The notes beneath the pieces were generated by a model that saw nothing but the letters and a program-made list of their open reading frames with translations, did no database searches and was not told where the DNA came from. The position numbers and the translations under genes were made by a program. From NCBI RefSeq assembly GCF_006345805.1, contig NC_043015.1:35526001-35590000 (forward strand): a DNA stretch of 64,000 nucleotides. The letters are read 5' to 3'. This DNA is from Octopus sinensis (lineage: Eukaryota). Below are positions 12,229-25,695 of the stretch, one piece after another. Every line of letters starts with the position of its first letter. Position 1 is the stretch's first letter.

Positions 12229-12340
<112 letters not shown>

Positions 12341-12469
12341 ATATATATTATATATATATATATATTTGTATGTGTGTGTGGTGTTAGCAAGTATCTATGC
12401 ATGTACGTGTATATCTATGCATAAGTATGTAAAATAGTAAACATCCGTCACACTTTAAGCACTTAGACA

Positions 12470-13255
12470 ATTATCAGTTTAAACTCCTGTTGGTCGAAGT
12501 CTGCCGGCAACAAGCCATGGCGAACAAAATTTTTAATCTCGAATGTTTTATAGCTGAGCTTTCAAACGTTCGGGTTTTGTGTTTTATACCGTATCTCGAG
12601 ACTCTCGGTTTAGAAGCATAGCAAGGGTGGAGTGTAGTGTTATGCACAGTAGGGAAATGGTGTTGGTAGTAGTAGTGATGTTTGCAGAACAGTAGGGACA
12701 TGGTAGCTTAGACATAGCAACAAAGTTGTGATTTAAACACTGTAGTAAAAGTGGCGGGGTGGGGGTCGTTTTTGTCGGTAGGTGTAAGGTAGAGACAGTA
12801 CGAAGATTCCCAGTGCAGAGAAAAAGGGGATTTTGTAGAACTGGTTGCAGAGGCATAAGGAAGAGACAGGAGCTTTAATTTATTCAAGGGACCGTCGGCA
12901 TGATCTTCGCAACGCTTCCAGTTTAGTGAGATTGATGCCATTTATGTTCCTCTTGAACTTTAATATGTCAACCCGTACTGCTTTGCTATGAACGGGGAGG
13001 GAGTTCAAAGGGCTGAAATTCTGGGAAGGAATGATTGGGTTTAGGATTTAGTTCGGATCTCGGGGGAAATCACCCATCAAAGGTAGCGACAAGAAGGGAA
13101 ACAGGTGTCTGAGTGGGGGAGGTATCAATGGTAAAAAAGGCAGAGAGGTGAGACTTTGGCCCTGTAGGTCAGAGGCCACAACGTGCCTGTGAGTAACTCG
13201 AGGTTTATTAGTAGAGTTCCCGCTATCTTCATGTGTATGAGCCATCAACACCTAT
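12470..13255 (-). mobile_element. Highly decayed gag/ORF1-like retroelement fragment
   Basis: Higher GC, non-microsatellite. Minus frames give fragments such as KAVRVDILKFKRNING and LQCLNHNFVAMSKLPCPYCSA (possible zinc-knuckle remnant). Confidence 0.3.
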
Positions 13256-13819
13256 CAGATGTCAAAGACACTTTTGTACTCTTGTAGACTGTCTCGAAGC
13301 AACTTACCAAATGTAGAAGCTACACTCCATTGTGGCTCCCACCTGAGCTTTGTACAATGGCGATAACTTTATTAATTAGTTGGTTGTTTAGTTTCTATGT
13401 CAGAACTGATAGAATGCAACACCTATGGTCAAACAAATTTCAACCATGACCATACTGTCTATGTTAGTAGTATTAAGGGCAGACTGTTACGTTTTTTGGT
13501 TAAGAAAGAGAGGAAGTTGATTTAAATGTTTCGTTGCTATTTGTAGCATACGAATCAACGTCATACAGACGCCGTCGCTGTGCGGATGAAGGAACCTTGT
13601 CATGTTTAATTAAGTCTTCTGAGAGACCCCCCGCTTCAGGCTGGGCTGCCCACATCTTTACTCTACCTAATGTGTTGACTTCTCTGTCATATAATGTTTC
13701 AACAACGAAAAGTTTCTTTAATGTTATATAACTCTTACATTTCATTATGAATAAATACCACCCCACATACACGCATACACGCTCACACACGCAACACACT
13801 CACACATACAACGGGATTC

Positions 13820-13955
13820 TTTCAGTTTCCGTTTGTCAATTCCACTCACAAGGCTTTGGTCGATCCCGGGGCTGTATTAGAAGACACTTGCCCAAGTTAT
13901 CATACTGTGGGACTGAACACGGAACTTGGAATGTAAACTTCTTACCATACTAAGC
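13820..13955 (-). mobile_element. SINE family A (5' part)
   Basis: ttccgtttgtcaattccactcacaaggctttggtcg...gggactgaacacggaac, same as other family A copies. Confidence 0.8.
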
Positions 13956-15341
13956 AAGATCTCAAAATGCTTCAACTGTTGATGAGGTCTAGTATTTTTC
14001 ATTCGTAAAACATGCAATCTTTAAAAGACATTAAAAAATCTGAATATCGGATATAATAATAAAGTTTTCCAGTCTAAATGTTATGAAGGTAGAATGTGTG
14101 GAGAAAAAAATGGAGGAAAAAGTTATAGAGGTTTAAAAATCGGGAAAACTATTTTAAGCCAATAGCGAGACAGAACTTTTCTGCGTTTACGAGATAATGT
14201 AATTGGTTGATCGTAATCGAAATTCAGAGTTGCATCGATACACCAGAATTGAAATCAATCTGAGTAAAATTAACGGGAACTCATTTTGCGAATGATAATG
14301 ACTCGATCCCATTGCTGTAACCATAATATGGTTACACTATATTTTATATTTCGTTTTCGCACTGTCACCAACGCCTTGTGCCCTTGTGGTTAATAAAATG
14401 AATTACATTCTTTAAAATTTTTTAAAGCGAAAAATTAGAATTATGTCAAAATATTGTGATTTAAAAAAAAAAATATGAGCTCATTCTTTCTGTTTCTGAG
14501 ATTAATCACGCTTCATTAGCTATAAAATAACCATGCTACGAATGCAATTAATCTTGACAATACAACTTTTTATAACAAGGATGGCGAGTCAAGTTAAATT
14601 TTTCTTTTGTGGGTAGCCAATGTATAACTAGTGAATGTATAACTAGTCCTGGGTTAAAATGCCACGAGGGTCGATATCTTATGTCTTTGGTCCTCAACGA
14701 AGACCTGTCAGACATATGTCAGTCTGCGTTGTACAGTATTCTCTGCACTTTATTAAAGATAGAACTGTATGATTTGGACAGAGCAGCCATATTTACGAGA
14801 ACAAATAGAGTCCTCGCTCGGCTCGTTGGATTATGTAAAAAAGAGAATTAAGCTTAAAACCTAAGCACAAGAAATCTTAACATACAGGAACAAGAATGAT
14901 TTCTTAAATCTGATATGGCCAGGTTTCGTCCCTTACAACAATAAGAAAAAAAGAGATAAGTATTCAAAAACGATTGTCCGTTCACTCACAGGAAATTCTT
15001 ATGGAAAATATTAAGATTAATCTTGGAAAGCCAAAGAACATAAAATAAAAATAAGCCATGAAGCACGAAAATATTTTAATGTTAATCACTGGTTCTCAAA
15101 AATTCTGAGATCTATGAGCAAGATATCTGTGTATGATGCTGTTTGTGCGAGCGCGGGTGCGTGCGCGAGTATATGTGAGTGTGTGATATCAATAATATTA
15201 CGATATAAGAGGAAGGTTTATTTTGAGGGCAGAACACGTGATTGGAGCCAACAGATAACATATTGTAGATTTGTATGAATTCACAACGTTATCTCTAATA
15301 CATATCTATGCATATATGGATAAATATGCGTGTGTGTATTG

Positions 15342-15381
<40 letters not shown>

Positions 15382-16646
15382 TATATATATATTATTATAC
15401 ATACATACATACATATATCCTTATACACACGCATACACACATTCTTTTTTACAAATAGAGGTCATTACTAAGTGTCTGTTTTGCAGTATTTCTTTTTTGA
15501 AAAAAATTATTTATGATTTACCGAGGGTTGATAGAGGTTATCTAACAACTTGGAAATTGTTTTTCCTTCTCTCTATCTATCACTCCTCTAACGCATACGG
15601 CTCTCTGTTCATCTCTATCTCGCCTTCCTTGTTTCATTATTTCATTTTTTTAATCTTTATTGGCTTCGATTTACTCAACTTCTAAGTTTTCGCAGAATGT
15701 ATTTGTGGTGTTTTTTTAATTTTTTTTATTCGTAGTATCACACGACTATTGTTCTTCTTATCATCATTACTATCATATATTAATAATTATTATTACTATT
15801 ATTAATTTTAGTACTAACATCGTCCTCCTCCTCCTCATCACCACTACCATCATCATCAGTAATAACTAATGATTTAGCCTGTTCAAACCCTTTGAAACTG
15901 GTGTCAGTATTTCATTTTGTTTTTGTCTTGCTTCTTTTCCCCGCCAATAATAAATTAAGGTTTTTATTCGTATCTTTGACATCATTATTCTTCAAGAACA
16001 ATTATTATTATTTTTATTATTTTTGTTGTTATTATTATTATTATCATTAGTATTGTTATCATTATCATTGTTGTTGCCATTATATTTATCATCATCATCA
16101 CCATCAGCATGCAAATCAGCACCATGCAGACGATGACAATGATTACTTCCATTACCACCACTACCACCACCATCACCACCGACGCCACCAAATCATCATC
16201 ATCATCATCATTTGTCGTCGTCGTCATCATCAACATCATTCTCCATTTCCATCTCTTCCTTCCTCTCAATGATAACAGAATTATTATTATCATTATTATT
16301 GTTGTTGTTGTTATAAATATTATAAATATCATTAGTTTTATTATCATTATTAGTGTTGTTATATCATCGTACAGCTTATAAATTTATATACATTTGTATC
16401 TCCTTTGGCTTCTTCATTTTGTTTTATCTTATGGGTTATTTATTGTCGATTTTGATGCTGTTGTTATTGTTGTTATGGTTTCTTTTGTTGTTGTTTCCAA
16501 CGTTATGCTGTCCCTCTGATAATCCCTATGCTGATATCTGGAATATCAAATATATTTATTGCATGTTACTGAGATCAAGTAATTTTATTGACAATAATAT
16601 ACATTTGCAGGAAAGAACTTCCATCTATGCGGTGTGTTGTCACTGT

Positions 16647-16697
<51 letters not shown>

Positions 16698-16987
16698 TAT
16701 GTGTGTGTGTGTGTTAGTGTGTGTGTGTATATATATATTGAATACGTGTGTGCATGTGGGTGTGCGTGTATATATACATCACTGTATGTGTCTGTGGATG
16801 TGCCTGTTCATATTTATGTATGCGCATGTGTTTGCATTTGTGTATCTATGCATGTGTGCATGTATGTGTGCATATATGCATGTATGTATATACATATATG
16901 TACGTATGCAGATGTATGTATGTATGTATGTATGCATGTATGTATATGCATATATGTACGTATGCACATGTATGAATGTGTGTATGC

Positions 16988-17019
<32 letters not shown>

Positions 17020-17149
17020 GTAGATACATACGTACATAAATATATGTATATACATACATACATATATACATACACACATATACATTACAAATAGTGCGTT
17101 ATTATCAATCCAGGGCGAAATGCTTCGTAAGTTCTCTGTTGGCACACCA

Positions 17150-18026
17150 GGTTGACAATATTGTTTGGTTTAGTGAAGAACAACTATTCTCATGGTAGGG
17201 TCCAAGATTATGTTCATCAAAATTCTGTATTATAAATCCTTGGATGAGTTCCAGACAAATTTAAAATAATTGTCATTCCATATTTTTCCTTTATTGGACC
17301 AGATCTGGCTTACAGCTGTTTCTGGTCGTCATTATAGTTTGCTCAATTGGTCTGTTGATCAGTTGAGGAAAATTGAACGAACTGAGGAAATTAATACTAT
17401 TTTCATCAGAGCCATTTGTGGTTGTAACAAGCAGAATACTGAAGGAATGGCTAATGTATGGGAAATTGGGAAGAAGAAAGTGGAAAGATGCAAGTCGTAT
17501 AGAGAACAAAGGAAGACAGGTTACAAAGAAGAGGAAGTAAGGGGATGGTAGAAGAGTCACTTACTAGAAGTAGGGGTCATTGTATTGCCAAAAGTTGGAA
17601 GAGAGACATTCTTAAAACAATAGAGTTTGTTGTCAGGTGAACACCTGTTACCATATTAGTTTTTTACATAGGTTAGGTATTCTCCATCCATTTTGATGAA
17701 ATTTGATATCGGCTTCTTATGGACATGAGTCTCAGACGGTAATGTTCACACGTGGCTATCCGGCAGCATAGGAGGGGAATTATATTGGAAAATAAAGGGA
17801 CATTAGTGGAAGTCATATTGGTCATTTTATATGTGACCATGTGTGTACCGTTGGCGATTTTTTCCCCTCCGTCTTCTCTTCCTTGGATCTTTCCATTTCC
17901 TGTTTCTGACGAAGAGCTCCGCTCGAAATATTAGGTCCTCCTTCTTTCCTTCCTTTCCTGAGCGTCCAATAACACTATACTTGTTCCACGTCCTCGCGTT
18001 GTTGTGTTTTCATGTTTGGATTAACT

Positions 18027-18030
<4 letters not shown>
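17150..18030 (+). mobile_element. Decayed Penelope-like element 3' end (GIY-YIG remnant plus terminal repeat)
   Basis: FYIG*..FDE..RL..D at ~17662-17740 resembles the GIY-YIG YIG.T.R....RF.EH segment; followed by a terminal repeat carrying an HHR motif at 17902-17935. Confidence 0.45.
17902..17935 (+). ncRNA. Degenerate minimal hammerhead motif
   Basis: GUUU CUGACGA A GAGC UCC GCUC GAAA UAUU AGG: core and stem II intact, ACGU changed to AUAU, stem I 3' arm decayed. Confidence 0.4.
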
Positions 18031-18057
<27 letters not shown>

Positions 18058-18124
18058 CACATATATGTATATATATGCGTGTATGAGTGTGTGTATATAT
18101 GTATATGTATAGGAATATAAATAA

Positions 18125-18166
<42 letters not shown>

Positions 18167-18329
18167 TGTGTGTGTGTTGTGTGTGTGTGTGTGTGTATAT
18201 ATTTACTTTGTGTATATATATACAGACATACATATATATACAGTTGGAATTTACCAAAACAAAAGACGAAGAGAGGTGTGTAAACAACAAACACGTGTGT
18301 CAGTTTAACGCTCGGGAAGGTAAGAACGT

Positions 18330-18365
18330 CTTTTACGTTTCGAGCCGACGCAACTCAACAGAAAG
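18330..18365 (-). ncRNA. Hammerhead-like motif with variant core (CUGUUGA)
   Basis: CUUU CUGUUGA GUUGCGUCGGCUC GAAAC GUA AAAG: stem I CUUU/AAAG, ACGU stem III, GUA triplet. Core A6 is U and stem II is weak. Confidence 0.35.
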
Positions 18366-18935
18366 GAACGCGAGAAAAAAAGGGAGAGAATAAAGAAAGC
18401 TTTAGTGGATAGCTGTCACTCATGTCAATGGCCGGACAGAGCTGGTCAGACAGGTGAGGTAATAAGGGGGGATAATAAATTAGTGGCGATCCCAAAACGA
18501 ATGTGCACGTACGCGTGTGCGCGAGTGGACAAGTGCTGGTGACCTTGACATGTGGGTTTGTGCATGTGTAGCTGTGCGGATGATGGTGTGGATGCTGGGA
18601 AGTGGTCAGTGCTTGTGTGTGCGGGTGGTGTGATGTGGTGAGTGGTATGGTGTGGCGTGGTGGTGTGCCGTGATGTGATAGTGCGGTGTGGTGATGTGTG
18701 GCATGTGTTGTGGTGTGGTGGTGTGTGGTGTGGTACGGTGTGGCACGATGTGGTGTAGTGATGTGTGGATATATATGTACAGGGCAAAGTGTAAAGACCC
18801 CTTTCGGTCATGAATGGGCACGGGATGGCGCCTAGAAAGTTACCCAAGGCATAAGTTCGGGACAGGTTCTTTATGGAAGTATCAGAGAAGTCCAAGACGA
18901 AGGAGGGACAATTTGCCAAAAATCACGTGCGGTTA

Positions 18936-18991
<56 letters not shown>

Positions 18992-19044
18992 TACACACAC
19001 ATACACACACACATACATATACGCATTCTTTGATTCTTTATTTT

Positions 19045-19215
19045 TTACTTGTTTCAGTCACTTGACTACAGTCATGCTGGATCGTCGCCATCGGTGGAAG
19101 AAACCGACCCCAGAGTTTATACTTTGTCAGCCTAGTACTTATTCTATGGGTCTGTTTTGCCAAACCGCTAAGTTACGGGGCGCAAACACATCAACATCGG
19201 TTCTCAAGTGGGGAG
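19045..19215 (-). mobile_element. SINE family A (3' part)
   Basis: ttacttgtttcagtcacttgactacagtcatgctgg...ctaagttacgggg is the reverse complement of the family A tail. Confidence 0.75.
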
Positions 19216-19258
19216 AACATCGGGTGGTAGGGGAGAAACACAAATACATACATACATA

Positions 19259-20055
19259 TACAGGGTGTCCCAAAAATCACTGATGGGTTTCAATTTTTAA
19301 TCACTTCCTTAACTTTACAAATAAATGCATGAACTTTTGGCATTTTACAAAGAACATAATTGAAATTAATATGCAAAAGTCAAATTGTGCAATACCACTA
19401 CATCACATATGAAAAATGACATCGGTTAAATGGCAACCATTTTCGGCTTCGCACGCCCGTGGTCGTTCCAATGCTTACACCATAACACCCTCAAGAGTTT
19501 CAGACCCCACTTCTGAGCTCTCTATTGATGCTCTCCTTCAGTTGCACCAGGGTCTCCGGTGATTTTAAGTAAATCCTTTCTTTCGGGTATACACACAAGA
19601 AAAATACCAGCTAGTCAAGTCTGGGGAATGTGAAGGCTAGGAGAGAGAATAATATCCCGTAGCGAGAGATTATTCTCTCTCCAAAGCATTATAGTACCAA
19701 CTGCATTGTTTCTCGTGCAGTATGAACAGTTGCCTCATCATGTTGGAACCATGTATGTGGTCTACTTTGAATTGCCGGCCGCAAAACGGTCTCATTCTTG
19801 GATATCAGAAAGAGAGGGTTTACGTCAACAAACCTGGCACCATGCTGCAACTGAAGAAGAACATCAATAGAGAAAGTGGGGGACTGAAGTTCTTGAGGGC
19901 GTTATGGTGCAAGTTTTGGAAAGAGCACGAGCGTACGAAGCCGAAATTAACTGCCATTTAAAAGATGGGATCTTCCATATGTGATGTAGTGGTGTAATGT
20001 CCTTTGTCTTGTATCAAAAGTTCATGCATTCATTTGTAAAGTTAAGGAAGTTATT
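19259..20055. mobile_element. Non-autonomous Tc1/mariner derivative built from two inverted transposase 3' ends
   Basis: Starts TA-cagggtgtcccaaaaat (TIR-like). ~19300-19630 on minus gives SPDLT..F...Y..K..TLVQLKESINRE; ~19780-20055 on plus gives GY.KERVYVNKPGTMLQLKKNINRE. The two arms are diverged reverse complements. Confidence 0.75.
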
Positions 20056-20195
20056 TCCGTCTACCAAATCCACTGACAGGGATTTGGTTGTCCCGAGGCT
20101 ATAGCAGAAGCCACTTCCATAATCTGCCACGTAGTGGGACTGAACCCGGAACCCTGTGGTTGAGAAGCTAGCTTCTTACCACACACAGTCCTCCT

Positions 20196-20198
<3 letters not shown>
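20056..20198 (-). mobile_element. SINE family A (5' part)
   Basis: ttccgtctaccaaatccactgac...gggactgaacccggaacc...accacacagtc; abuts the right arm of the mariner derivative. Confidence 0.85.
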
Positions 20199-20240
<42 letters not shown>

Positions 20241-20311
20241 TATATAATATATATATATATACACATGTAAACATACATCAAGTATATATACGAGTGAGTG
20301 GAAAAACGAAA

Positions 20312-20344
<33 letters not shown>

Positions 20345-20861
20345 TATAAGATCCAAGGTTTGAGGTGTAAGGAGTAGGTGAGCTTCAAGCAATCCAAACA
20401 CAACTTTCAGGAACAGTAATAGTTTATTGGAGCGGAAGGTTGTGGATGCTTTTCTGTTTCGAAGTAAAATAAACTGAAAAAAATATTGTCTTATATTTCA
20501 CGGTAGGCAGGCAGCCACGCTTGCCAGGTAGGCGAATAAAAATCCATAAGTTGAAAGAATGCAGTAAGTAAAATACGGGCTATACGTATAAATACACACA
20601 CACACATGATGCAAGTAAGAAGCTGATATTGTTTCGAACGCAGAGTTACCGTCAGAACAGAAATCCTGGGTAACTTACCCTGAAAAGGCGGGAAAAAATT
20701 GTCCACAAATATTTGGTTATTTTAGACCCACCCCTATAAATACATACATACATATGTGTGTGTTTATATATATATATATTCAGATAATACCTAGATAATC
20801 TGTTATAAATATATCTTCACATATTTGTGCGCACACCCCTATCTTTACATGTGTGTGCGTG

Positions 20862-20941
<80 letters not shown>

Positions 20942-21015
20942 CGCATGTGAGGTGTGTGTTGTTGATATGTGTGTACATATCTTTCTCCTTAAATTTAGAG
21001 TTGTATACACACAAC

Positions 21016-21060
<45 letters not shown>

Positions 21061-21944
21061 ATATATATATATATATATGTTGGCAGAGTGTCTGTCTGTC
21101 CGTATTGTCTGTTTGGCTCACTATATATGTATGTGTGTGTGTGTGTACGTGTGGTGTGTCTGTGCCATTGATTTGTGTATACTCATACATACGTCTGTGT
21201 GTGTTTGTGTGTTTGTGTGTGTGTGCTGTTGAGAGTATGTATGTAGGCTTGTACATTGTTAGCGAAATAATTAAAATATTTAATTTGATTTGCGTAGATT
21301 TTTGTTTGAGTTTATTGATAAGAAAGTGTGTGTGGAATAACAACGGTAATGGCGGAGATGAAATGAAAAACAACAGCAGCAACAACAATAACCAGAACAA
21401 AAATATCAACAGCAAAGTCAACAGCAGCAAGAAGAAGAAGGAGAAGAAAAAGAATGCCACCACCACCACAACTACTACTACTACCACCACCACCACTAAC
21501 ACTACTACTACTATTACCACCACTAACACTACTACTACTACTACTATTACCACCACTAACACTACTACTACTACTACTAATACTACTGATAATAACGATA
21601 ATAATATAATGAAGAAGAAAAATTAGAAGAAAAAGTATAATAGTTCTGTTCCTCTTACTGCTACTAATATGGAGACGCAGAAGGAAAAGGAGAGGAGTAG
21701 AAAGAGGAGAATAAATAGAAAAGGAAGATAAGAAAAAGAAGAGGAAGGAGAAAGCTACAACTGTAACTACTACTACCACCACCACCACTACTTAAAATTC
21801 AAAACTGAACGAATCAGAAATCAAAATGAGGAAAACAACTACAACAAAACAATTGTAGCAACATCAGCATCAACAGTAACGTGAAGAACAAGAACTACAA
21901 CAATTCTATCTCTATGAAGAAGAACAACAGCAACAACACATTAA

Positions 21945-22320
21945 TAATTCATCAAATTTTTGGCACGAGGCCAGTAATTTCGGGGAGGGGGTAAAAGGAT
22001 TACATCGACCCCAGTGCTCAACTGGTACTCATTTTATCGACCGCGTAAGGATGAAAGGGAAAGTCGACCTCGGCGGAATTTGAACTCAAAACATAAAGAG
22101 GGATGACATTCCGCTAAGCATTTAATCCGGCATCCGGCAAGCTAAATATTCTGCTCGTTCACAACACTAATAATGATTTCAAAATATGGTATAAGGCTTG
22201 CAAGTTCGTGGGGTGGGGTCAATTGATTACTTCGAGCCCACTGCTCCGCTGGCACTTATTTTATCGACCCCGAATAGAAGCAATGCAAAGCCGACCTCGC
22301 CCGAATTTGAACTCAATAAT
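21945..22320 (-). mobile_element. Two adjacent SINE family B copies
   Basis: tggtactcattttatcgacc..gatgaaagggaaagtcgacctcggcggaatttgaactc at ~22020-22090 and a second decayed copy at ~22250-22315. Confidence 0.75.
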
Positions 22321-22796
22321 AATTGTAAAAACATCTACGATTTGTTTTATCAGTGCTAATAACAACAATGTCTGTTCTCTTTTAACCATTCTCTCTCACT
22401 CTCTCCCACTCTCTCCTCTTTGTGTCAATCACTTTTTCTCATTCCATTTCCTCTCGCTTCCCTCTCTATGTGTATAAGCGCATATCTATCTATCTACGAA
22501 TATATATATATATATATATCTTATGCACACACACAACACACATGCTGCATCCACAACCTCCACCCAAACACGCACGCACACACACACCACACACACACAC
22601 ACACACACAACACACACACACACACACATCCCTCTCTTCTAATTCTTTCCTCTATCTCTTTCTCTCCCCCTCATTTGTCTTTTTCTCCTATTTTACATGT
22701 TTATCCCTTCTTTTCATTGTCCATATTTCGCCATTCTACTCGTCAGTTTTTCTGTTCTCTCTCTCCTGTCTTTCACTTTCTTTATTTCAATCGCTC

Positions 22797-22844
<48 letters not shown>

Positions 22845-23662
22845 TGAGTGTGTGCATATGTGCACATGCACACACAAGCCTATATAGATGTATATCCTTA
22901 TATCTATATCAATACACACACGTGTATGTATGTATGTATACACACACATATATACATACGTTGGTTTTTCTGTTTTCGCATCTACATCTGTCACTATCTT
23001 TCTTTTGTTCTCTTCCTCCTTTTCTCTCTTTCTCTCTCTCTCTCATTCATAGAACTTCCTCTTTCTACATATTTATGTATATATCGCTATTTCTTCCAAT
23101 TTCTATCACAGAGATATTCTCCAAGATTTCCATGTAGCATATTGATTTTTCATTTCTAAGAGGATTAAACTGAATAATTCTATTGATTTTTAAAAATCTG
23201 CACTTGAGGTATTTTCTACAATATCATTTTCAGACTAAATTCTTTATGCAATATTCTCTTGGAAAAGAACAAAACAAAACGGTAAAAGCAAATAAGAAAC
23301 AAACGAAAAATAAAGCGAAATCAAACAAATACAAAGAACTCAATATCATCATCATCAACAACAACGACAACAACGACAACGGCAAATTTACAAGTATAAA
23401 ACAAATAAAAGAAGATTGATAGTAATACAAACAAAAATAATGAACATAGTGAGAAACAGAGAAATATTTCAAAATTTACAACAATCCATCTTTTTTTTTT
23501 TGAATTTCTTGAACAATATAACTTTCGGTCTTTCTTGAGAAACACTGAGAGATATATTATTGCAGGAAGGAAGAATTTGATGAAGATTCAAAATGGTAAA
23601 TATAAGAAAGGATATGGTTATTACTGTGTAATTAAAATCATGCAATTTTGTCGAGATCCTTG

Positions 23663-23732
<70 letters not shown>

Positions 23733-23889
23733 ACACACACGCACAAATCATTTGAATGTGTTGTTAGAATGAGCAAGTATATTTTGGGGGATATACGTAT
23801 ATGTCTATAGAGACACATACATATCCATAGGGCGGTACAGACTTAAACTTACTTCCACTGGTATCAACCCATACTCACACATATGTATG

Positions 23890-24058
23890 CAGGGCCGAAG
23901 TAGAAGCGTTTAGCTTTAGGTCTCTGGACAAATCACTGCGCTGGGCCGTATAATATTTAGTGACGGCAAGCAACAACAAACACAGATCAGAATTAGGAGC
24001 GCAAACCTGTGAGGCCCTGGGCGGCTGCTCTCTGTACCCGGGCTTTAAGACGGCTTTG
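23890..24058. mobile_element. hAT-like MITE (decayed)
   Basis: Ends cagggccg (23890-23897) and cggctttg (24051-24058; 2 mismatches to a perfect TIR); flanks tatgtatg/tgtgtatg are 7/8 identical, consistent with an 8-bp TSD though low complexity. Confidence 0.45.
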
Positions 24059-24393
24059 TGTGTATGTAGGTATGTATATAATATAATATATATATATATA
24101 TCCGTAATAATGAAGGGTGAAATTAATTAATTTGGAATAATTATCAATTACACCCAGTAGTCTTCGGCATGCATGTAAAAGCCTCATTTGAGGAAAATTT
24201 AAGTAATACTAAGCAATAAGGGTTCAGCAACGAATTGCCTTACCACATACCGAATTTAGAAATAGCAGTCAAAGGGTTATAGCTATTTCTTCTACTAAAA
24301 GGGAGATCTCAGTAAAAACAGCAATTGGAAGGCTGACACAAACAGGTAAGAGAGAATGAATTAACCGCAATCTATCAAACATTTTTAAAGTTA

Positions 24394-24499
24394 TCCACGG
24401 ACGTACGTTTCGAAATCAAGTTTTAGGAAAGCATAAGAATTAAAATATTAAATATTAATAATTCTATCTTACCGAAACTTCTTTTCTCTTCAGCGTGGA
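24394..24499 (-). ncRNA. Type I hammerhead ribozyme, unit 1 (intact)
   Basis: UCCACG (24499-24494) CUGAAGA (24493-24487) G..~75-nt imperfect stem II..C GAAAC (24411-24407) GUAC GUC (24402-24400) CGUGGA (24399-24394). 6-bp stem I, palindromic ACGUACGU stem III; predicted cut between 24400 and 24399. Confidence 0.85.
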
Positions 24500-24993
24500 A
24501 TACTATAATCATAAATGATTATATATTGAATTTTGAGATACTAGGAGGTACCAACTCAACTCAGTATCAGAGCGAGCCAGAATCCTCAACTAGTATCACC
24601 GAATTCAAATTTGTGAATGAAACGATTGTGTCAACAGCCCCTTCCCACCCGCGTGTAGCAAAACAAGATGCTGTAGTCATCTACTGAGATAAAATATGGT
24701 ATCCGTAATAATGAGGGTGAAATTAATTAATTTGGAATAATTATCAATTACACCAAGTAGTCTTCGGCATGTAAAAGCCTCATTTGAGGAAAATTTAAGT
24801 AATACTAAGCAATAAGGGTTCAGCAACGCGAATTGCATTACCACATACCGAATTTAGAAATAGCAGTCAAAGGGTTATAGCTATCTTTCTTCTACTAAAA
24901 AGGGAGATCTCAGTAAAAACAGCAATTGGAAGGCTGACACAAACAGGTAAGAGAGAATGAATTAACCGCAATCTATCAAACATTTTTAAGTTA

Positions 24994-25098
24994 TCCACGG
25001 ACGTACGTTTCGAAATCAAGTTTTAGGAAAGCATAAGAATAAAATATTAAATATTAAATATTCTATCTTACCGAAACTTCTTTTCTCTTCAGCGTGGA
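24994..25098 (-). ncRNA. Type I hammerhead ribozyme, unit 2 (intact)
   Basis: Same elements as unit 1: cgtgga 25093-25098, tcttcag 25086-25092, gacgtacgtttc 25000-25011, tccacg 24994-24999. Confidence 0.85.
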
Positions 25099-25591
25099 AT
25101 ACTATAATCATAAATGATTATATATTGAATTTTGAGATACTAGGAGGTACCAACTCAACTCAGTATCAGAGCGAGCCAGAATCCTCAACTAGTATCACCG
25201 AATTCAAATTTGTGAATGAAACGATTGTGTCAACAGCCCCTTCCCACCCGCGTGTAGCCAAAACAAGATGCTGTAGTCATCTACTGAGATAAAATATGGT
25301 TATCCGTAATAATGAAGGGTGAAATTAATTAATTTGGAATAATTATCAATTACACCAAGTAGTCTTCGGCATGTAAAAGCCTCATTTGAGGAAAATTTAA
25401 GTAATACTAAGCAATAAGGGTTCAGCAACGAATGCCTTACCACATACCGAATTTAGAAATAGCAGTCAAAGGGTTATAGCTATTTCTTCTACTAAAAAGG
25501 GAGATCTCAGTAAAAACAGCAATTGGAAGGCTGACACAAACAGGTAAGAGAGAATGAATTAACCGCAATCTATCAAACATTTTTAAAGTTA

Positions 25592-25695
25592 TCCACGGAC
25601 GTACGTTTCGAAATCAAGTTTTAGAAAGCATAAGAATTAAAATATTAAATATTAAATAATTCTATCTTACCGAAACTTCTTTTCTCTTCAGCGGA
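25592..25695 (-). ncRNA. Type I hammerhead ribozyme, unit 3 (2-nt deletion in stem I)
   Basis: Core, stem III and GUC intact; the 5' arm of stem I reads UCCG instead of UCCACG (real change or sequencing error). Confidence 0.7.

Noticed and set aside
13500-13799. Overlapping plus and minus ORFs in a unique, GC-richer island
   Set aside because: No recognisable protein on either strand and splice signals are ambiguous; cannot be supported as an exon.
20853-21626. Longest ORF in the track (257 aa)
   Set aside because: Concatenation of TA, TG, AAC, AAG and ACT simple repeats.
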